Source: Polyangiaceae bacterium (GTDB taxonomy: Bacteria > Myxococcota_A > Polyangia > Polyangiales > Polyangiaceae). Taken from it: a stretch of 64,000 nt of DNA. The stretch is taken from contig JBGANF010000001.1 of assembly GCA_044222475.1 (NCBI GenBank), positions 64,001 to 128,000 of the forward strand, written 5' to 3'. The stretch's first letter is position 1; the number at the start of each line of letters is the position of its first letter. The notes below the pieces were generated by a model. The model was not told where the DNA came from. It saw only the letters and a list, made by a program, of their open reading frames with translations, and did not search any database. Below, one piece after another: positions 58,549 to 64,000 of this stretch. The position numbers and the translations under genes are program-made.

Positions 58549-61500
58549 TGCCGCCGCTCCCTCGCCTCGCCTACCTGATCCTCGGCGTCGTCCTCACGAT
58601 CGTCTCGGTCGCGCTCGTCGTCCGCTGGCGGCGCGAGAAGCGCGCGGGCTACCCGGCGCTCTTCCTGCTCGCGCTCGGGCTCGCGCCGCTCATCTACCAG
58701 GGCCTCGTCCACGCGCAGCTCATCCGCGAGACGTACATCCGCTTCGGTCATCCGCTCGCGACGCTCTTGCCGCCGCTGGTCACGCTCCTCCTCACGTGGC
58801 GCCTGTCGCTGTTGCCGACGCGCATGTCGCGCGCGCGCCGCGCGCTGGTCTGGTTCCTCACGACCGTCGCCGCGCTCGCCGCTGCGCTCTGCGTCGGCGA
58901 GCCCGAGCTCGGCAAGCCGCTCGATCGGATGACCATCTTGCTCCTCATCGATCGCTCGCGATCGATCGATCTCGTGCCGGGCGCCGACGAGCGCATCGCC
59001 TCCGAGCTCCGCGTCGCCGAGAAGGGCATGCACGACGACGACCGCATCGGTACGGTGGTCTTCGCCGCCGACGCAGTCACCGAAGACCCCCCGCGCCCCA
59101 AGTCGGATCTTCCGCCGCCTCAGCGCGTCGAGCTCGGTCGCGACGGAACCAACCTCGAAGCGGCCATCCGGCGCGCTCTCGCCGAGCTGCCGTCCGACAC
59201 GGCGCCCCGCCTCGTCCTCGTGACGGACGGCGTGCAAACGCGGGGCGATGCCCTCGGCGCGGCCGCAGCGGCCGTCGCCGCCGACGTGCCGATCGACATC
59301 GTCCCGCTCGACCAGAAGACCTTCCCCGACGTGCGCGTCGTCAGCGTTCGCGCGCCGAGCTACGCCAACGAGAACGAGCCGATGGACATTCGGGTCGTCA
59401 CCGCGAGCGCACAAGAGGCCGACGTCGAGGTCCGCGTGAAGCGCGACGGGGAGCTCATCCACTCCGGCGCCGTCCACGTCGCCTCGGGCGAAGACGTGCT
59501 GCGCCTCCGCGAGATCGCCTCGGAGCCCGGCTTGCACAGGTACGACGTCGAGGTCACCGCCAAGGACCCCGCGCTCGACGGCTCGCCCGAGGACAACGTC
59601 GGCTCCACGTTCGTGAAAGTCCGCGGCCCCGCGCTCGCGTTGATCCTCGAAGGCGATCCGGGCAAGGGCGCGCCGATCGCCGGCGCCCTGCAGTCGGTCG
59701 GGTTCCACACCGTCGAGAAGGGCGCGACCGCCGTTCCGGCCGACGTCGGAGGCTTCGCCGGGTACGACCTCGTCGTCCTCAGCGACATCCGCGCGAGCGA
59801 TCTCGCGACGACGCAGATCGACGCCATCGCGAGCTACACGCGCGATCTCGGCGGCGGCTTGATCCTCATGGGAGGCGATCGCTCGATGGGCCCCGGCGGC
59901 TACGCCCGCACGCCGATCGAAGAGGTCTCGCCGGTGTCGTTCGATCTCAAGGAGGAGAAGCGCCGTGCGTCCCTCGCCGAGGTCATCGCGATCGACTACT
60001 CGGGCTCGATGGGCGCGACCGTCGGCGGGCAGACCAAGCTCGCGCTCGCGAACGAAGCCGCCGCGAAGAGCGCCTCGCTGCTCGGTCCCGGCGACCGCCT
60101 CGGCGTCGAGCACGTCGACACCGTCGCCACCTGGACGATCCCGATCAGCCCGGTGACCGACGCGAACGCGATGGGCGCACGCATCCGCGCGACCCAGCTC
60201 GGCGGCGGCGGCATCTACACCGACCTCGCGCTGCGTGAGGGGTACGCCGCGCTCGAGAAGGAGAGCGTCAACCTCAAGCACATGCTCCTCTTCGCCGACG
60301 GCAGCGACGCCGAGCAGCTCTCCGGCTGCCGCGCGCTCGTGACCGCCGCCGCCGGCAAGGGCATCACCACCAGCGTCATCAGCCTCGGAAAGGGGCCCGA
60401 CAGCCCCGAGCTCGAGGTCCTCTCGAAGCTCGGCAGCGGGCGCTTCTACCTCGTCGACGACGCCACCAAGCTCCCGGCCGTCTTCACCCAAGAGACGATC
60501 CTCGCCGCGAAGAGCTCGATCCACGAAGAGGACTTCAAGATCAGCGTCGGCACGACCGGCCCGGCGACGCGCAACGTCGAGTTCAAGGACGCGCCCGTGC
60601 TCCACGGCTACGTCGTCGCGGTGCCCAAGCCCCGCGCAACGGTCCACCTCGGCGGCCCCGAGGACGACCCCATCCTCGCGACCTGGTCGGTCGGCATCGG
60701 CCGCTCGGCCGCGTTCATGAGCGACTTCAAGGATCGGTGGGGCTCGTCGTGGATCAAGTGGCCCGGCGGCGTGAAGATGTTCGGCCAGCTCGGCCGCGAC
60801 GTCGCGCGCAAGGCCGACGACCCGCGCGTCCGCCTCGAGAGCGACGCGAGCGGCGGCGAGCTCCACGTCCGTGCGGACGTCGTCGGAGACGACGGGCGTA
60901 CCCAGACGTTCCGCCGCCTCACGGTGCACGTCGCCGGCCCCGATGGCTTCGCGCGCGACGTGTCGCTCGAGGCGATCGGCGCAGGTCGCTACGGCGCGAC
61001 GATCCCGTTGTCCCGACCTGGTACATACGTCGCGACCGCCAAGGACGAGATGAGCGGCGAAGCCGTCGGCACCACCGGCGCCGTCCTCGGTGCCGGCGAA
61101 GAGCTGCGGCCGACCGGCACCGATCGCGTGCTGCTCGCCCGCATCGCGACCATGTCGGGCGGCAAGGAACGCGACACGCTCGCCGGACTCTTCGACGACC
61201 GGGCCGCGCGCCGCTTCGCCTACATTCCGCTCCTCCCGTATCTTTCCATCATCGCTGCGGTCGCGATGATCCTCGGCGTCGGTGGACGAAGGCTCGGGAT
61301 CCCCGACTGGATGACCGGCCTGGTGGGCCGCGTGCGTGGTCGCGTGAAGCAGACCGAGGCCGAACGCCGCGCCGCGCTGGCGTTCGCAGAGGCTCGCGAC
61401 CGGGCGAAGCGCGAGCAGCAAACCAAGACGAGCGAAGCGCTCCTCGCGAGAAAACAGCAGCGATCCGGCGCCCCCGTCACGGGGAGCGCAGGGAGCATCC

Positions 61501-61658
61501 TGAACGTCGCTCCCAAGCCAGCGCCGCAGCAGAAGCCGCCGATCGGAGCACCGCCGCGCGCACCGGGTGCGCCCGCCGTGCGGCCGGTCGCCCCGCCCGC
61601 CGCGCGCGGGATGACGACCGCCGAGCGCCTCGCCCAGAAGCGCAGAGAGAAGAAATAG
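58548..61658 (+). CDS. Double-vWA + GATase-like (DUF1355-like) membrane protein
   Basis: IDRSRS and IDYSGSM MIDAS motifs, YDLVVLSD, GGGLILMGG.RS.GPGGY..TPIEE, GIGRSAAF.SD...RW. Confidence 0.85.
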   Translation: MPPLPRLAYLILGVVLTIVSVALVVRWRREKRAGYPALFLLALGLAPLIYQGLVHAQLIRETYIRFGHPLATLLPPLVTLLLTWRLSLLPTRMSRARRALVWFLTTVAALAAALCVGEPELGKPLDRMTILLLIDRSRSIDLVPGADERIASELRVAEKGMHDDDRIGTVVFAADAVTEDPPRPKSDLPPPQRVELGRDGTNLEAAIRRALAELPSDTAPRLVLVTDGVQTRGDALGAAAAAVAADVPIDIVPLDQKTFPDVRVVSVRAPSYANENEPMDIRVVTASAQEADVEVRVKRDGELIHSGAVHVASGEDVLRLREIASEPGLHRYDVEVTAKDPALDGSPEDNVGSTFVKVRGPALALILEGDPGKGAPIAGALQSVGFHTVEKGATAVPADVGGFAGYDLVVLSDIRASDLATTQIDAIASYTRDLGGGLILMGGDRSMGPGGYARTPIEEVSPVSFDLKEEKRRASLAEVIAIDYSGSMGATVGGQTKLALANEAAAKSASLLGPGDRLGVEHVDTVATWTIPISPVTDANAMGARIRATQLGGGGIYTDLALREGYAALEKESVNLKHMLLFADGSDAEQLSGCRALVTAAAGKGITTSVISLGKGPDSPELEVLSKLGSGRFYLVDDATKLPAVFTQETILAAKSSIHEEDFKISVGTTGPATRNVEFKDAPVLHGYVVAVPKPRATVHLGGPEDDPILATWSVGIGRSAAFMSDFKDRWGSSWIKWPGGVKMFGQLGRDVARKADDPRVRLESDASGGELHVRADVVGDDGRTQTFRRLTVHVAGPDGFARDVSLEAIGAGRYGATIPLSRPGTYVATAKDEMSGEAVGTTGAVLGAGEELRPTGTDRVLLARIATMSGGKERDTLAGLFDDRAARRFAYIPLLPYLSIIAAVAMILGVGGRRLGIPDWMTGLVGRVRGRVKQTEAERRAALAFAEARDRAKREQQTKTSEALLARKQQRSGAPVTGSAGSILNVAPKPAPQQKPPIGAPPRAPGAPAVRPVAPPAARGMTTAERLAQKRREKK

Positions 61659-61675
61659 GCTAAGCCATAGGCCCC

Positions 61676-63124
61676 ATGCGCCGGCTTGCTTTCGCGGTCC
61701 TCACCCTCTCCGCCTCTCTCGCTTGTGGATCGAACGGCGACGCGCCGACCGACGCCGGAGCCGACGTGACTCCGCCGCCGGCTCCGCTCGGTACGCTCCT
61801 GACGATCGACGAGGTCGCCGCCTACCAGACCGTGAAGATCGACGTCGTCCAAGGCGGCGCCCCCGTCGACAAGTACGCCGCGCCGATCCTCACCGCGAAG
61901 CAGGGGATCTTTCGTGTATTCTACAAGCTCGATCCGAAGAAGAAGTTCCGGTCCCGGACGATCGAAGCCGAGCTCCACCTCGTCACGAGCACCGAGAAGG
62001 TCCTGAAGGAGTCCAAGACCGTCATCTACTCCTCGAACGAGGACTCGTACCCGAGCACGTTCAATTTCCCGTTCGACGAGAAGGCGCTGGGGACCACGAG
62101 CGCCTTCTACGTCGTCCTGCGCGATCCCGCGCTCGCTGCCCTCGGGGCCGAGGTGAGCGACATTCGCTATCCGGCCGAAGGCAACCAGCCGCTCAAGGTC
62201 TCGTCGAACCCCGGCGGGCTCAAGGTCATGATCGTGCCGGTCCAATACGCGGCAGACGGGTCGAACCGTCTGCCCGAGACGGGACAGAACCAGGTCGACG
62301 CGATGACCGCGTACCTCCATGACATGTACCCGGTCGAGAGCGTCTCGATCTCGGTTCGCTCCGCGCCGCTCGTGTGGAACAACGTGGTTCAAGCGAACGG
62401 GACGGGCTGGCTCGAGCTCCTCGACGCGGTCGTCAATCTTCGCAACCAGGACGTGGCGCCCCGCGACGTCTACTACGTCGGCGCGTTCCAGCCGAAAGGC
62501 ACCCTCGGCGAGTTCTGCGGCTTCGGGTGCGTGCTCGGCCTCGCCACGAACGTCACCGGCCCGTTCGACGTGTCCGATCGCGCCGTCATCTCGTTGGGCT
62601 ACGCTGGCGGTCAATTCAACGAAACCACCGCGCACGAGCTCGGCCACGTCCATGGTCGCTACCACTCGCCGTGCGGCGGCGCGCAGGGCACCGATCCGAA
62701 GTACCCCTACGCCGGCGGCTCGAGCGGCGTCTCCGGTTACCGCATCTCCGAGGCGTCACTCCTCCCGGCCGACACCTACGACATGATGGGGTACTGCCGC
62801 CCCGAGTGGATCTCGGACTACACCTACAAAGCGCTCTTCGATCGCGTGTCGATCGTCAACGGCGCGAAGATCGTCGGCCAGATCCCGACGGCACGTTACG
62901 AGCGCATCCTCGTCGGGCCGGACGGAGCGGTGCTGCGGCGAACCACCATGACCCGTGAAGAACCGAGCGGTGAGCTCCGCGACGTCGTCCTCGACTTCGG
63001 CGACGGAACGAAGCGCACCGTGCGCGGGCGCTGGGTCCCGGCCGACCACGTCGACGGTGGGTTCCTCTACGTCGAGACGCAATCGGTGCCGAGCACCGGG
63101 CGAATCTCCAAGGTCACGCTTTAG
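61676..63124 (+). CDS. Zinc metalloprotease lipoprotein (M66-like)
   Basis: LAC lipobox, AHELGHVHGRYHSPCG, DP.YPY, DMMGYC...WISDYTY. Confidence 0.85.
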   Translation: MRRLAFAVLTLSASLACGSNGDAPTDAGADVTPPPAPLGTLLTIDEVAAYQTVKIDVVQGGAPVDKYAAPILTAKQGIFRVFYKLDPKKKFRSRTIEAELHLVTSTEKVLKESKTVIYSSNEDSYPSTFNFPFDEKALGTTSAFYVVLRDPALAALGAEVSDIRYPAEGNQPLKVSSNPGGLKVMIVPVQYAADGSNRLPETGQNQVDAMTAYLHDMYPVESVSISVRSAPLVWNNVVQANGTGWLELLDAVVNLRNQDVAPRDVYYVGAFQPKGTLGEFCGFGCVLGLATNVTGPFDVSDRAVISLGYAGGQFNETTAHELGHVHGRYHSPCGGAQGTDPKYPYAGGSSGVSGYRISEASLLPADTYDMMGYCRPEWISDYTYKALFDRVSIVNGAKIVGQIPTARYERILVGPDGAVLRRTTMTREEPSGELRDVVLDFGDGTKRTVRGRWVPADHVDGGFLYVETQSVPSTGRISKVTL

Positions 63125-63130
63125 GCGGTC

Positions 63131-63211
63131 GGGGACGGTGTCAACCTTGTCAACCTTTGAGCGAGTCTCATCGGCAACCGGCCAAAGGTTGACAAGGTTG
63201 ACACCGTCCCC
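63131..63211. repeat. Perfect 29-bp inverted repeat (REP-like) between convergent genes
   Basis: ggggacggtgtcaaccttgtcaacctttg (63131-63159) / caaaggttgacaaggttgacaccgtcccc (63183-63211), 23-nt loop. Confidence 0.92.
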
Positions 63212-64000
63212 TCAGTGCAGGACCGCGACGACCAGGAGGATTCCGCCTAGGAGAAACACCACCGCAGCCCCGATGATCGCAGGGATGAGCCACTGCGGCC
63301 TCTGAGGCACACCCGGCGGCTGCGAGTACTGCTGGTACTCGGCCTGGCGCGCGTGGGCGAATGCCTGGTCCATCGCTTGGTGAGCGGGCGGCGCCATGCC
63401 GCCGCCACCAGCCGGCGGTGACGCGAACGGATCCGCGGCCGCCTGGAGCTGCACGCGCGGGGCCATCGCTCGCGGCTTCGCTTCTTCGAGCTTCGCTGCG
63501 AGCTCGACCGCGGGCATCTTCGCCCATTGGAGGTGATCGCCCTCGAGGCCGTACGCGCGGCCGACGGCGTCGGCGAACGCGCCGACGGTCTTGGTGCGGA
63601 TGTTCGGGTTCTTCGCGAGCCCTTCCTCCATCACTTCGTCGAGGCTCGGCGGGAACGGGTACTTCGCCTTCGCGGCGTGCGAGCTCGGCGGTGCGGGGTC
63701 CTGGGTGAGGATCGCGAGGAGGATCGACGGCCCGTTGTTGCCGGTGAAAGGCACGATCCCGCAGATGCACTCGTAGGTGATGGCCGCGAGCGCGAACACG
63801 TCGGCGCGAGCGTCGAGGGTGTCGAGGCCTTGGGCTTGCTCGGGCGCCATGTAGTAGGGCGACCCGATCGTCGTACCGAGGACCGTGAGCTTCTTCGCGT
63901 CCTTGTTCTTGTCCTTGACCGATCCGAAGTCGAGGATCTTGACGACGTCACCCTCGCGCGAGCCGCAGAGGAAGATGTTGTCCGGCTTGAGGTCGCGGTG
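63212..64000 (-). CDS. Ser/Thr protein kinase (3' part; starts outside the window)
   Basis: HRDLKPDNIFL, KILDFG, GSPYYMAPEQ, ADVF, C-terminal TM. Confidence 0.92.
   Translation of the reverse strand, partial: HRDLKPDNIFLCGSREGDVVKILDFGSVKDKNKDAKKLTVLGTTIGSPYYMAPEQAQGLDTLDARADVFALAAITYECICGIVPFTGNNGPSILLAILTQDPAPPSSHAAKAKYPFPPSLDEVMEEGLAKNPNIRTKTVGAFADAVGRAYGLEGDHLQWAKMPAVELAAKLEEAKPRAMAPRVQLQAAADPFASPPAGGGGMAPPAHQAMDQAFAHARQAEYQQYSQPPGVPQRPQWLIPAIIGAAVVFLLGGILLVVAVLH

Overview
This is GC-rich chromosomal DNA, most likely from Myxococcota (Polyangiales/Labilithrix-like). That assignment is inferred from the MXAN_5187-family gene, eukaryotic-like Ser/Thr kinases with PEGA/TPR partners and many Cys-rich lipoproteins. 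The window holds about 50 CDS. Housekeeping genes are glnB, metK, gcvT, gcvH, lysA, pyk, lexA, trxB, tmk and panC. It also encodes secreted hydrolases (PLD, GH25 lysozyme, serine hydrolase, M66-like protease), two tandem IgGFc-binding-domain paralogs, DUF4398-OmpA, a stand-alone triheme cytochrome c, and a 14.6-kb MoxR/vWA/DUF58/ABC operon headed by a (Gly-Gln-Gln)25 protein. I found no rRNA, tRNA, CRISPR array or classical transposase. The most unusual signal is a 531-bp cassette (21677-22207) in which a GxxExxY nuclease-family gene is enclosed by ~50-bp inverted repeats, with a solo copy of the repeat 10 kb away (11888-11923). Two further families of gene-less intergenic inverted-repeat elements occur at 29310-29506 and 63131-63211. 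Functional calls come from motif recognition only; no database searches were run.
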